Part shown: one piece after another, positions 38,961-52,205 of the stretch | How the letters are laid out: the number at the start of each line of letters is the position of its first letter | Numbering within the stretch: position 1 is the stretch's first letter | From: Octopus sinensis | Taxonomy: Eukaryota | DNA length: 64,000 nt | Direction of reading: 5' to 3' | NCBI RefSeq assembly: GCF_006345805.1 | Contig: NC_043021.1 | Span: 27,714,001 to 27,778,000 of the forward strand | Made by a program: the position numbers and the translations under genes | Notes under the pieces: model-generated | Seen by the model: the letters and a program-made list of their open reading frames with translations, nothing else | Told to the model about the DNA's origin: nothing | The model's database searches: none

Positions 38961-40734
38961 GTATATATATGTATGTGTGTGTGTAAATATATATGTATAC
39001 ACGTGTTTGTATATACAAGTATTCATAAGTTTATTTATTGATCATTGTAGATATAAATCATAAATGTACGTGCATACATTTGCTGTATTTGGTATACATA
39101 TGTATAAGACAATGCTCAAACATAGCTTTAACTGGAATGGCTAAAGCAAACGAAAGTACACATCATAATGTATAGCCACACTTGGATATTTATGCAAGTC
39201 ATAGATATATGCATACACTTGTATGTATGTGTTTGAGTGTGTGTATATGCATGCATGTATGAATATATGTATGTACCTACGTATATAAGTATGTATGTAC
39301 GTATGTATGTATAATTTTTCTTTGTGTTTTATTAAAGTTCTTGAGAGTATTCAAGCCGGTTGCTAACAAAGCAAGAAGGCTATTAGAAGTAAGAGAGTTC
39401 TCGGCGTTTCTAAGCTTGAGTTGGCCTATTGGCTGAACTGTCGACGCAAGTGTGCGCATATATTCACATCAATATCGCAAATTTTCGGAATGTCTTTCAC
39501 ATCTTCACCATGCCATTAATAGATTGGATATGTAGAATCCGCGTAAGTTTCTGTTGCATTTTTTCCATAGATTCGACTATTTCTAGGTTTTTGTGCAAAT
39601 TTCTTGTACGTATTTATGTAGGTATGTCATTGTTCAGTCTTATTTCAAGATTTCTTGCCAATAGAGAAAGAGACGGTTTCTAACCTAGATCCCAAGCCCC
39701 TTCATTGGAATTCCTTCATCAACAACAGGGTATTTTTGTTTGTATGTATGTATACGTGCAGATATGTTTGTTTCGTTTCATGTATGTATTGTCATGCATA
39801 TAGTTACATATTTGAAAATGATCATATATATTTAAATGATAAACTTCTGGAAAGTTTTACAGTTTTATGTAGGTATGTATGTTTATATGTATGTATCGAT
39901 GTATCTATGTCTATGTAAGTGTATGTATATAGGTATGAGAATGCAGGAAAAACATTCAACAAGCATTGTGGAGTATTAGCAATAAATTATAAACAGTACG
40001 GGGGTCAGCTAATAAATAAAATATAGAAATATCAAAACGGTAGTGAGATAATTAAAGGAGTTAAAAGTAAAAATCCACCGTCCCACAATCACAGATGAAC
40101 GAAAATTAACAGTCACAATATCTTTAAAATTAAATTAAAGATTTAAAACATTCAAAAACTTTTTTTAGATTTCAAAATTCAAAAATAAACACACGAGAAG
40201 AACCAGCTTGAATAGTAATCGCAAAGGGTGAAACCGAAATTATCAAACTCTCAAAAACCATTAAAACGCCCATATTAGACAACCTTAATCAAAATGTTTA
40301 AACACACATTTATAGTTATGAACACAGAAGAATACCCTTTCAGCTTTAGAATTTAGTAGCGTTCTTCTAGAAAATAGAATAAAAAATAATGACTCAGGAC
40401 AAAGAGAGTAGAACCTATTACCAATCCTATAAGCCAGGGCTGTCCCCAAAATGGGGACATTCAATAAAGTACGTTTTATTATCATCTTTAAGATTCCAGA
40501 TGAAATTACTAAGACTAGTAGAAGAAGCCCTATTTTGTATTTTCTTTGTATTAGCAAACTGACTTTTGATAATTTTTCTTGAAGTTTCGCATTTATTGCC
40601 ACATCAGTCCCATGAAGCCAAATGCCATTTTCAGTTAAATGTCAATATAGCTACACAAACATACACATACATACAAGTACGCGCGCGCTCACACCCGCAC
40701 ATACACACGAACACGCACACATATATTCTTTTAT

Positions 40735-41085
40735 TCTTTTACTTGTTTCAGTCATTTGACTGCGGCCATGCTAGAGCACCTTTAGTCGAACAAATCGACC
40801 CAGGAATTATTCTATCAGTCACTTGTGCCGAACCACTAAATTGCGGGGACATAAGCACATCAAGGTCGGTTGTCAAGCGATGGTGTGGGGCAAACACATA
40901 CACCCAAACACACACACACACACACACACACACGACGGATGTCTTTCAGTTTCCGTCTACCAAATCCACGTGCAAGGCTTTGGTCGGCCCGAGGCAATAG
41001 TAGATGACACTTGCCCAAGGTGGCACGCAGTGGGACTGAACCTGGAACCATGCGGTCGGGAAGCCAGCTTCTTACCACAGAGCTG
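40735..41085 (-). mobile_element. Full-length bipartite SINE with internal (CA)n
   Basis: Same modules and order as 9775-10208. Confidence 0.75.
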
Positions 41086-41101
41086 ATCCTATATATATAT
41101 C

Positions 41102-41147
<46 letters not shown>

Positions 41148-41179
41148 GGTAGATAGATAGATGGATAGATAGATAGATG

Positions 41180-41210
<31 letters not shown>

Positions 41211-41238
41211 GGATGATGGATGGATGGATGGATGGATG

Positions 41239-41283
<45 letters not shown>

Positions 41284-41292
41284 ATAGATAGA
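41148..41292 (-). repeat. (GATA/GATG)n tract, i.e. TATC on the minus strand, unoccupied
   Basis: Seen directly. Confidence 0.95.
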
Positions 41293-41425
41293 CACATGCA
41301 TACATAATTACAACAAAGGGTTAGCTTAATACGTTGCTAGTAAAAGACATTAAATTGTTTTTTACTTCTTTAAAATCTCCGATAATAACCCTTATCGTAG
41401 GCAAGTAAAAGAAAGATTGGTTAAT

Positions 41426-41485
41426 CGTAGACGCGTTTCGAACTCAAAGTGAAAATAATTTTACTTACATACTCTCATCAGTGCG
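41426..41485 (-). ncRNA. Hammerhead-like motif with canonical CUGAUGA core
   Basis: Minus strand: CGCA-CTGATGA-GAGT...GTTC-GAAA-CGC-GTC-TACG; palindromic ACGCGT helix III; helices I and II imperfect. Confidence 0.55.
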
Positions 41486-41743
41486 GTACTGCTTAAAGCT
41501 TAAATTCGCGAGCATTTCAAAAACATGCACCTGGTCATGCAACATCTTCACCCCATGATTGGAACGGCATTTACTGCGGTCTTAGATCTGAACAAACGCA
41601 TGGGTATAAAAGTGAGATTTTAATCAGACGCGGCATCACGTTTGTTCGAGAGTGGATGGATATAGGACACTTGATGTTGCATGATCAGGAGCATATGTTT
41701 GAAATACTTGCGAATTTGTGCTTTAAGGAGTACCGCATTGATG
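41476..41743. mobile_element. MITE-like fold-back, ~71-bp inverted arms
   Basis: 41476-41546 pairs with 41673-41743; inner GAACAAACG/CGTTTGTTC arm. Confidence 0.7.
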
Positions 41744-41921
41744 CGTGATTTTAAAGTAGTAAAAAAAGACATTAACGTCTATTTCTAGCACCGTTTGGTG
41801 ATGCATAAATCTGACCCCTTGTTAAATTTTGTTTTTAATTATAGAAAATTTGTACAATTTAACTAAAAGGTTTTTATTTTCCGCACAGGTTACCTGGTAA
41901 AATCATAATTTTACCCTTTAT

Positions 41922-41965
<44 letters not shown>

Positions 41966-42162
41966 TACATATCCCCCTTCACATACTCACAAATAGACCA
42001 CACACACACATATATGTATACATATTCCTTCAGATAGTAAACTTGTTTTGTGTTTCCTTTATGATTTGTCGTTTTGGAGCATTCAAAATCCTGGAGATAA
42101 TTTTCATAAGTCATGAATTTACTTGTACATGTATTCATCTACATACTCATATATATATACAT

Positions 42163-42256
<94 letters not shown>

Positions 42257-42428
42257 GTTTAAATATTTGTTGTGCAAGATTTTTTATGTGAAGTCGTGTG
42301 TTGAAACAGATATTGTTATATTTCGGAATGGTCATTTTGCCAGTTTAGCCAATAAAAACACACGCACTATATATTTGGTGTTACTTTGCTTTTTTATTTA
42401 TTTTTTACATTAATCTTAATCTTATTTC

Positions 42429-42473
42429 GGCCAGAGTTCTTTCGTCACACTCCTGTGACCGCATCAGTAGTCC
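42429..42473 (-). ncRNA. Hammerhead-like motif, CUGAUGC core (left arm)
   Basis: Reverse complement of the right-arm motif, with GGACTA in helix I. Confidence 0.45.
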
Positions 42474-42554
42474 TTTGTTTGTTTTCTTCTTACTTATTTG
42501 TGTCTCTCCTTACGGTTAGTAAGGAGAGACACAAATAAGAAAGAAGAAAACAAA

Positions 42555-42599
42555 GGACCACTGATGCGGTCACAGGAGTGTGACGAAAGAACTCTGGCC
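42555..42599 (+). ncRNA. Hammerhead-like motif, CUGAUGC core (right arm)
   Basis: GGACCA-CTGATGC-G-GTCAC-aggagt-GTGAC-GAAA-G-AA-CTC-TGGCC. Confidence 0.5.
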
Positions 42600-42753
42600 G
42601 AAATAAGATTAAGATTAATGTAAAAATAAATAACACTGAAGCAAAGTAACACCAAGTATATAGTGCGTGTGTTTTTATTGGCTAAACTGGTAAAATGACC
42701 ATTCCGAAATATAACAATATATATATATATAATTATATACCTATCTCTCTCTA

Positions 42754-42837
<84 letters not shown>

Positions 42838-42891
42838 CATATATATATATACAGACACAAAAACACACACATACTTACATACATAATATAC

Positions 42892-43212
42892 AGTGGTTAG
42901 AGCGTCGAGCTTACGATCGTGAGGTTGTGAGCTCGAATCCCGGACGGGGCTGCGTGTTGTGTTCTTGAGCAAGGCACTTTATTTCACGTTGCACCAGTTC
43001 ACTCAGCTGTAGAAATGAGTTGCGACGTCACAGGTGCCAAGCTGTATCGGCCCTTGCCTTTCCCTTGGACAACATCGGTGACGTGGAGAGGGGAGACCGG
43101 TATGCATGGGCGACTGCTGGTCTTCCATAAAACAACCTTGCCCAGACTTGTGCCTCAGAGGGTATCTCTCTAGGTGCAAACCCATGGTCAGTGCCTGACC
43201 GAAGGGGGTCTT
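42892..43212 (+). mobile_element. tRNA-derived SINE (third family)
   Basis: A-box-like CAGTGGTTAGAGCG, B-box-like GCTCGAATCC, then TTCTTGAGCAAGGCACTTTATTTCAC. Confidence 0.75.
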
Positions 43213-43214
43213 TT

Positions 43215-43360
43215 ATATAGGGAGAGTTCACGGAAAAAACAAAAGACGAAGACAGGTGGTGTACAAAACAAACAGATGTATTAGTATAACGTTCAGGAAT
43301 AGAAAAAGTCTTCTACAGAAAAAAACAAGGAGAGAAAAAATATGTGTAGTGGCTACCGAT
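43215..43360 (-). mobile_element. Solo PLE pseudo-LTR 3' end, homologous to 55306-55520, hammerhead core deleted
   Basis: CAAAAGACGAAG-CAGGTGG...AAACAAACA...TGTATTAGTAT..CG.TCAGGAA...AAGTCTT shared with the Neptune repeat. Confidence 0.75.
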
Positions 43361-43374
43361 CTATCATATATATA

Positions 43375-44211
43375 CAGGGTGCAATCTGTAGATGGTCGCC
43401 ATTCCAAATTTTTTATTTCGCGCATGCGCATTGTTTGTTTTTGATTTTGTCGACTCCATAGTATAGTAGGGTACCGGCTGTGAGAAAAACGGCACAATGA
43501 CGCAATTCACTCTGCCAGAAATTTGGATACGACATGCTCTACTGCTTGGCATTCGCACCGGAAGTTGCTATAGAAACATTTCAGAGTCAATCTGGGGACA
43601 GTTCAATGTGAGGAAATGAACTGAAAGGGATACAAATCAAACACCCATTCATTATGGTGTTTGGAGTGATTACTAATGATGTCAACATTACGCCTCCATC
43701 CATCTTCGCACACAAGAATCCAATCATGGCTGTCACACAATTTCTGCGACCACATCACCCTGAACATTTGGCCCCCTAACTCCCCAGACAGCCACCTCCT
43801 CCTGATTATTATGTGTGGGGCGCAGTTGAGTGAGAGACCAACAAAACTCCTTGTAACACCAAAGATGAACTGAAGGCAAGGATTATGGTAGCATTTACCA
43901 TCTTACTCAAGGAGACCATCCAGAAGAGTTGCAGGAGATTCCAAAGTCGTCTGGGGGCCGTGGTTGAAGCTAATGACGATTTTATATAACTTAGAAAGGT
44001 TTTGGCCAGTGTTGGCCCAGGTCATGTCTAACTTAATAGCACCACCTGGCGGCATCCAGTGAGTTCCGCCACTGATTGGTTAGCAGGAAATTTACTCTTT
44101 AGTATTTCAAGGTATTTTAATGTAATTTTGGTAAATATATCTTTTTAAATAACATGTCAGCGTAACTTCATTTTTGCGTAATTTAGACGACAATATATTC
44201 ACCGCACCCTG
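43375..44211 (+). mobile_element. Tc1/mariner superfamily, maT(DD37D)-like internally deleted element
   Basis: TA-CAGGGTG...CACCCTG-TA ends; IWPPNSPD and (frameshifted) DYYVWGAVERETNKTPCNTKDELKARI. Confidence 0.75.
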
Positions 44212-44248
44212 TATGTGTATATATGTATGTGTGTATACACACACACAC

Positions 44249-44324
<76 letters not shown>

Positions 44325-44934
44325 ATACATATACATGTGTGTATGCTTAGAAAGAAAGGGAGAAAGAGAATAATGCAGTACACAAACAAAATTTTACAGT
44401 ATTCTCACACATTGTACGTACGTAGAATGTAACGGATATGTTGTTGATTAGAGAATGTGTTGTTATATTTTCTATAATGAAACAAAGACAGACAACTTAT
44501 TTAAACATTAAAAAAATTATAACATTTCTCATTTCCTTATGAAGCTGCTTTTACTAAAGACTCTATTTATTTTTGTTGACAGCCATTGGAATGATAAACT
44601 AGAAATATTCTACACCATCAGAAATATAATCTGTGTTGTTGATGTTTATTCGCAAATCAACACTATTCTACCGAGTAGCGATCCAACCACGACCATCCCA
44701 ACCGTCGCATAACGATCTATTGTTGGCGATGCTATAGGAACGACTTTTTCTTTTTTTTAATAAAATATGGCTTTGTCCTTTGATGTCGATTTCGCCGCCA
44801 TTTTTCAGAGGTCAGTTGACCCCTTAGGTCAAGGTTTCCAAATCCCTTTATCCTATGTGTGTTGTCAAAGAAAGTTCCAAATGATATATATCTACACACA
44901 TTTGGCATTGAGATATATTTAAGATCTGTCACGT

Positions 44935-45122
44935 AGACGCGCGCACGTTGATGTGTGTTAAGAGGATTGCTTACCAAGCACATGGTTCCGAGTTCAAACC
45001 TTACTGCGTGGCACCTTGGGCAAGTGTCTTTAACTATAGCCTCGGGCCGACCAAAGCCTTATGAGTGGATTTGGTAGTCGAAAACTGAAAGAATCCCGTC
45101 ATATATATATATATACATATGT

Positions 45123-45164
<42 letters not shown>

Positions 45165-45385
45165 TGTGTGTGTGTGTGTGCGTGTATGTGTGTGTGTGTT
45201 TTTGCATCTTTTTCCCCCACCCCGCCGCTTGGCAACTGGTGTTAGTGTATTTATACCACCGTAACTTTGCGGGTCGGCAGATGGAAACCGACAGAATGAA
45301 TATTAGGCTTGCAAAATAAGTGCTGGAGTCGATTTCTTCGACTAAAACCCGTGAAGGTGATGCCCCAGCATGGCCGCCGATATCC
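44935..45385 (+). mobile_element. Full-length bipartite SINE with internal (TA)(GT)n
   Basis: 5' module, microsatellite, 3' module in sense orientation. Confidence 0.75.
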
Positions 45386-46374
45386 TTAAACCTGAGAAGA
45401 AAAGGTTTGTTATTCATGGTCGAAGGGTTTTGTTCTGTTTATCGCGGATCTTGATCAGAATCGTATTGAAGCTTATGAACAACATCAACAATAACAAAAA
45501 TTCATTCTGATGAAGGACGGATAATCACAAATTTAACTTTTCTGATGTCTGCCTGAAATCTTTTACCTTCAATTTCTGTTTTGATCGTAGAGACACCGTC
45601 ACAAAATATGGTGCGTCTAAGGCATTTTACGGCAGGTAAATACCGTCTCTTGATTAGGTTTCAACGCAGGTGATTTACCCTTGGGAGTGAGAAAAAGACA
45701 AAGAAGAATCACTTGTAATACTCCAGTGATACTTTATCGGCTCTGGATTTATGCAAAGCAAAGCTCATTATGGCGTAATAACCCGCTTCACATTGTCTGC
45801 TGAAGCATGAAAATATTTGTAAAACACTCATACCTGACAAAGTAATATTAGTGGAAAGTATATCAGATGCTATAATGATACTAATATTTCAGTTTAATTT
45901 TAACGCTTTGAGTTCAAAAATCCGTCGAGGCAGACTTAGCCTTTTAGTCTTTTGTAGTTGATAAAATAAGTCCCAGGTGAAGACTGGAATTGATAGAATC
46001 GAGTTGCCAATTCCCAGAATCGATTATCGTTCCACCAAAGTTAAATAGAAATACTGGTTTCAAATTTTGGCACAAGGCCAGTAGTTTTTGTGGGAGACGC
46101 TCATCGATTACATTGACCACTGTACATTTCATATTTTATCCAACCAAAATCAACGGGAACCATAGTTGACCTCGGTCGAAATTGAACTCAAAAAGTAAAG
46201 AGACAAAAGAAATGCCACTAACCATTCTATCTGACATGCTAACGATTCTGTTAATCCAGCGTTCTTGCAAGCACATCGAACCCATAATCTTCCTATTCGG
46301 CATTTAAAAAATTTAACCTTTCATTTTTATGCCCCTTTTCATTGACAACTTAAAAAATAAAAATTAATGCGCCC

Positions 46375-46615
46375 TTTTTTAAAGCCTAGCCAGGCTCACG
46401 GGCCCGGTTTCCCGGTTTGAATGGCGTATGTGTTCCCCAGCTGGATGGGACGCGAGTCCATCGCAGCGTTACTCATTTTTGCCAGTTGAGTGACTGGAGC
46501 AACGTGAAATGAAGTGTTTTTCTCAAGGACACAACGCGTCGCCCGGTCCAGGAATCGAAACCACAATCTTACGATCATGCTACTGATACCCTAACCACTA
46601 ATCTACGCACCTCCG
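46375..46615 (-). mobile_element. tRNA-derived SINE related to 42892-43212
   Basis: Minus strand TAGTGGTTAGGGTATC...GGTTTCGATTCC...GTCCTTGAGAAAAACACTTCATTTCACGTTGCTCCAG...GCGATGGACTCGCGTCCCATCCAG. Confidence 0.7.
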
Positions 46616-47042
46616 CCATTGACAACTTAAATCATAAATTAATTCCTGTCCTGCAGTTTAATACGAGCATTTGCTGACGACAGAATGGTTATTGAGGGAG
46701 ATTCGACCATTATGACAAGCTGATTAGGTGCCACTTATAGGCATTTAATTGGCTTTTTAATTGATGTTATATTTCTTCACTTTGATTCCCACAGTTTTCT
46801 CAATGAGGATACATGTCAACAATTCTTGTTCGAGTCGTAACTGTCTTACTTTTATCCTGATATAGTGGACTCTTTCGTCCGATGTGTTCTTCTATTTTCA
46901 AGGTAGCAGGGTAGGATTTAATTGAAGATGTGATCAGTTTCTAGCAGTTCACGCAACCACTTACATGGGTTTTCGTAATAAGGCAGCATGGAATCGTCAA
47001 TTCTGCATATAAATTTTGCCAACCCAACGCAACCACCGGAGT

Positions 47043-47103
<61 letters not shown>

Positions 47104-48518
47104 TATATATATATATATACAGCAAGCACACATACATACACAATACATACACACACACACACGCATATATATATACAAATATACATGATATATATATATA
47201 TACATATATACATAATATATACACACACACACATAGTTATGCACATGTTCACCACCATAATAAAAAGGAATTATTTTATAATTTAATGCAGTTTCAAATA
47301 AAGTAACGAAAATTTTATCGATATTCTATTGAAGTAGAGAGAAGAGTGTGAAACGTGATATCAATTATGTTGATATTTTATTTTATAGGCAATCAAATTA
47401 TGATTGTGTGTCGTTGTAACATGAGAATATTGGTCGCAACTACGGAAGTGAATAGGCTTTACACGGGGAACCGAAAGGACACACGCGTGCCCTCATCCTG
47501 AAAGGGATTACTTAATACATTCTGAGGTAAACGTGAGTGTAGCACAAAATTCCCCTAGGACAAAAGCTCAACGGACAAAAGCCCCAAGGTTATATTATTC
47601 GATTATTTTTTCGTTTTTTCATCTTTTACTCGTTAAAGTCATTAGACTGCGGCCATGCTGAGGCACCGCCTTGAAGAAATTTCAGTTGAACATATCAACC
47701 CCAGAATTTCTTTTTCCTTTTCCCTTGTTACAGTTATTAGACTTCGGCCATGCTGGGGCACCACCTTGAAGAATTTATAGCCAAACATATCCACGCAAAT
47801 TTAAAAAAAGCAAATTTAATTGTTGCAGTTATGAGACTCAGACCGATTCCGATTTCTTGTGTTCCTCACGGTTAAAGAAGACTCCTTTTTGGATTAATCC
47901 AGGAATGAGAACCGATTCGAAATAACTATATTATTGTGAGCTTCTATTCGCTTGCTTTCCTCGTTTTGGCACGTGGTGTAATAATACAAGTGAAAATATT
48001 TGTGTGGTTAGATGGTTTGGTGAGGAATTCTTTTTCTTTTTACCCTTAATTATAATTGTATCATTTTCACCGTAAAAGGTATTTTTCATATGCTGGCCAC
48101 TGATAAAAATTTTATTAATTCTCATTCATTTGGGGACTGGTTAATCACTTGTTTGCGATTCCTGACCGACTACACTTGTGCTGAGGCTTGCTACAGAATT
48201 TCAGTTTGGATATATTTGGTGTACTTAAGTGTATACATGACTTTGCATCTGCTTTTCCGTGGGTATGTCTAAGTATTTCATTTGGACCGACAGATTTAAA
48301 AAATATTTTTTTGTAACTAAACTTCGTGTACTGGTAGAACATCTTTTATTCTTGGCGTTGTTGAGAAAATTCTGTATTTTGGAAGTAATTTTTTGTTAAA
48401 GTTGTCGTATTTCGGTTATTTCAACCAATCAATCACGTGTATTCAGCTGAATAAAATAACTGCTGTTGTTTGTCAACAACAACTATCGGCAGTGTATTTT
48501 TCGTTTGTCACTGTTATT

Positions 48519-48608
48519 TATGACATCGTTCGTGCGTTTATACTGGTTTTAGCTTTAACCCTAAAACCTTAAAGCTGAAACCAGTACAAACGCACGAACG
48601 ATGTCATA
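48519..48608. repeat. 90-bp hairpin / micro-MITE with TA ends
   Basis: 40-bp arms with 2 mismatches, 10-nt loop CCCTAAAACC. Confidence 0.85.
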
Positions 48609-48789
48609 TGTATATATATATATATATACATATATGTGGTTAGAAGATTTAGCGTCTATCTTTCAACATATTGACAAAGAAAATGTTTTTGTACTTATTT
48701 ATAACTGTATATATATATACGACGGGCTTCCTTTTCAGTTTGCGTCTACCAAATACACTCACAAGGCTTTGGTCGGCCAAAGACCAATA

Positions 48790-48861
<72 letters not shown>

Positions 48862-48921
48862 CATTATATATATATGCGTGTGTGTAAGCATGTTTACCAA
48901 ACACACACACACATACAAGCA

Positions 48922-49445
48922 CATCATCATCATCATTGTTCGACCGTGGTCGAGACAATGGAATTTACCATGCTACGCCTGACTTCACGGTCCATCATGG
49001 CATTACGGAGGTCCTGTTGCTGGATGCCTGTATCCCTGGAGATTACATCAGGGTAGGAGAGTGTGCGCCCTCTGGTATTGCTTTCAGAGGAGAAGAGTTG
49101 AAATTGCCTCGTTTTCAGCTCTACAACAATGTCCAGCAAACTGGACTCTCCTACCTTTCACAAGAGATGATACAGGTGGTAGTTTCCCATATATTTGCAT
49201 TTTGGTTGGATGACGCTTCCACGAGAGATTTTGAGCTCTCATAAGGAGGCGAGTGTAGGTTCCATCCAACCGCCTCTCAAGCTTCTTTGATAACGTCCAG
49301 GTTTCTGAGCCATATAGTAGAATTGGTTCGACTGTGGCTTTGAAGATTTCAAGTTTGAAGTCTCTACTTAGATTTGATGACCAGATCTTATGCATGTCAT
49401 TACAGGCTGACCAGGCCATACCCTTTCTAGTTAGAAAATCTTTTG
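48922..49445 (-). mobile_element. RTE-clade LINE 3' fragment with (GAT)n tail
   Basis: KLEIFKATVEPILLYGSETWTLSKKLERRLDGTYTRLLMRAQ...RRVQFAGHC; ends in GATGATGAT. Confidence 0.85.
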
Positions 49446-50535
49446 CAGATGATGATACAAGCACACACATCGGTATGTAGTTGAATGTATCGAAATGTTC
49501 GTTAAACAAAGCTGTCAGTTCAGTTACCATGGAAAATAAAATCAAAATGTATTGTTCCCTATATGTATTTTTGTCATTTCTTGAGGTCCCCTTTCCATAC
49601 AGGATTTGAATGAGATTTTGGTCTCGTGTCGAATTATTACGATAGTAACAGCAATATAATATGATAAACGCTGGTTCAACATGTATCTTGATGAAGACAG
49701 AAAGGGGCAAAATGACATCGCAGCACTTTCTAAAGAAATACGAACTCTATTCAATATCTGCATGCCAACCCAATAAAGCAATGATATATATTCGAAGTTG
49801 ACATCGCATTAATTCTTGTTGCTGAAGAACAATTTTAAAATATTTCCTTAGCTTATTTCTTTACACGTAGAAGATGGTCATTCGTAAATACCCAGTATAA
49901 TTCAACGTTTAATCCCGATCTTATAAATTATGCCTTATGATTTAATTGTAAAAATAAATAAGCCATTGATATTATAATTCGCGATCTTTGAAGTGGAGAA
50001 ACAAGTTATATTTTTCCATATTTTGTAGGGACGTTCAAACTTTAACGCTCATGAACGAGAGCGCATTAGCAGAAAGCGTGAACAAGTATCAACGGTATTT
50101 ACCGCTCAACATAATCATATTTAATGCATACAGCAAAGTATGGAGACGCAAAGAAAGGAGAGAAAGTAACAATGAAAATAACTAAATATATAACACAGGC
50201 AGTATTTCACACGACCAAGATTAGAAGTATTAAAATTTATTATCAATTTTATTATCTTGTAACTTATAATTTCAGTTGAGAAATATACTCACGTGAAAGA
50301 TAAAGGTGCTGCCTTGGAATTTTTATGTTCTTTATTGTTATTATTCTTCTTCCTATTCTTATTCTTAACTCTTCTTCTTATTTGAGCTACGTTGGGATTT
50401 AAGATAACTCTTGTTTATTTAACTTTGGTTTTTCGTTTTTTTTACAAAAAATATTAATGTATTCAGATAATATATAATGTGCGTGTGTGTGTTTGTATAA
50501 ATTATACGTGGATATATATATATATGTACATACGC

Positions 50536-50573
<38 letters not shown>

Positions 50574-50821
50574 CACACACAGGCACACATACACTCGCAT
50601 ATACTCTGTATATACACATATATACTCTGTGGAATATTAGAATACATTCTGAGTTTTCAATATCATAATTTAAGAGTAATGGAATACCATAAATATTTCA
50701 GTCTTTTTGTGCTTTATACAAACACACACACATACACATATATATACTACATATATTTATATATATATCACCAATGTATCACATATCCGAAAAAGAAGCG
50801 CACTCTCTCTTTCTCTTCCTC

Positions 50822-50871
<50 letters not shown>

Positions 50872-50969
50872 TTATTTCAATCTGGGAAGCTTATTGAATA
50901 TCTTATTGAATAAGAAAGTCGCGAGAAATAAAAAAATATAACGAAATGAATTCTTCAAAACAAAACCCT

Positions 50970-50984
50970 ACCACCACCACCACC

Positions 50985-51027
<43 letters not shown>

Positions 51028-51100
51028 ATAATAATAATAATAATAATAATATTAATAATAATAATAATGATAATAGTAACAAGAACAAGAACAATAATAA
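50970..51100 (+). repeat. Compound (ACC)(ACT)(AAT)(AAC) microsatellite
   Basis: Seen directly. Confidence 0.9.
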
Positions 51101-51511
51101 TGAGAGCCATATCAATAATGACGCAAGATTTTGTTTTCTGTTTCATTTGTAAGAAGAAAATAATTTATTGAATGAGTGAACTGCAATATTGAAGTTGTGT
51201 ATAAAAGCAGAATTCAGATCCTGAAGCGCAATGTCATAGAGACAGCGTACCCTTGCGTTTACGTATCTTTCCTGTTGGGGACACAAACTCAATGAACGAA
51301 TCTATGACAAAACAAAGTAAGTGTAAGACTTACTATTCCTCCTTCAATGACAGTTTACAATTGCCTTTTTTTCTTTTCATTTTCTGACGTCGACATTACT
51401 GTTTTAAAGTCTCCAATGAGATTCAGGGGAATCGAACTGGTACTACTGCGCCATGAACACCGCAATTGTTCGTTTAGCTGAAAGATAGAACAAGATGAAC
51501 ACAAATTCAAT

Positions 51512-52000
51512 TTGTATGTATGTATGTATGTATGTATGTATGTATGTATGTATGTATGTATGTATGTATGTATGTATGTGTGTATGTATGTATGCATGTA
51601 TGTATGTATGTATGTATGTATGTATGTATGTATGTATTGTATGTATGTATTGTATGTATGTATGTATATATGTATGTATGTATGTATGTATTATGTATGT
51701 ATGTATGTATGTATGTATTGTATGTATGTATATATGTATGTATGTATGTATTATGTATGTATGTATAGATGGATAGATGGATGGATGTATATATGTATGT
51801 ATGTATGTATGTATTATGTATGTATGTATGTATTGTATGTATGTATTGTATGTATGTATGTATTGTATGTATATATGTATGTATGTATGTATGTATTATG
51901 TATGTATGTATGTATGTATTGTATGTATGTATATATGTATGTATGTATTATGTATGTATGTATAGATGGATAGATGGATGGATCTATATATGCATGTATG

Positions 52001-52032
<32 letters not shown>

Positions 52033-52205
52033 CATGTATGTATGTATTGTGTATGTATGTATGTATTATGTATTATGTATGTATGTATGTATGTATGTAT
52101 GCATGCATGCATGTATGTATGTATGTATGTATGTATGTATGTATGTATGTATGTATGTATGTATGCATGTATGCATGTATGTATGCATGCATGCATGCAT
52201 GCATG
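51512..52205 (+). repeat. (TATG)n tract with ~197-bp higher-order duplication
   Basis: TAGATGGATAGATGGATGGA landmark at ~51765 and ~51962. Confidence 0.85.

Larger units (their letters stand above)
42310..42720. repeat. Near-perfect palindrome (~203-bp arms, 5-nt spacer) of a PLE-like 3' end, next to (TA)n
   Basis: Arms 42310-42513 and 42519-42720; centre CTCCTTAC-GGTTA-GTAAGGAG. Confidence 0.92.

Noticed and set aside
39330-39620. VANKARRLL string resembling a CR1/L2 RT C-terminus, or a host exon
   Set aside because: Too short and degraded; no supporting motifs or clear splice context
45507-45560. CTGATGAAGG...CCTGAAA on the + strand
   Set aside because: Only a bulged helix II is possible; no credible helix III, cleavage triplet or helix I
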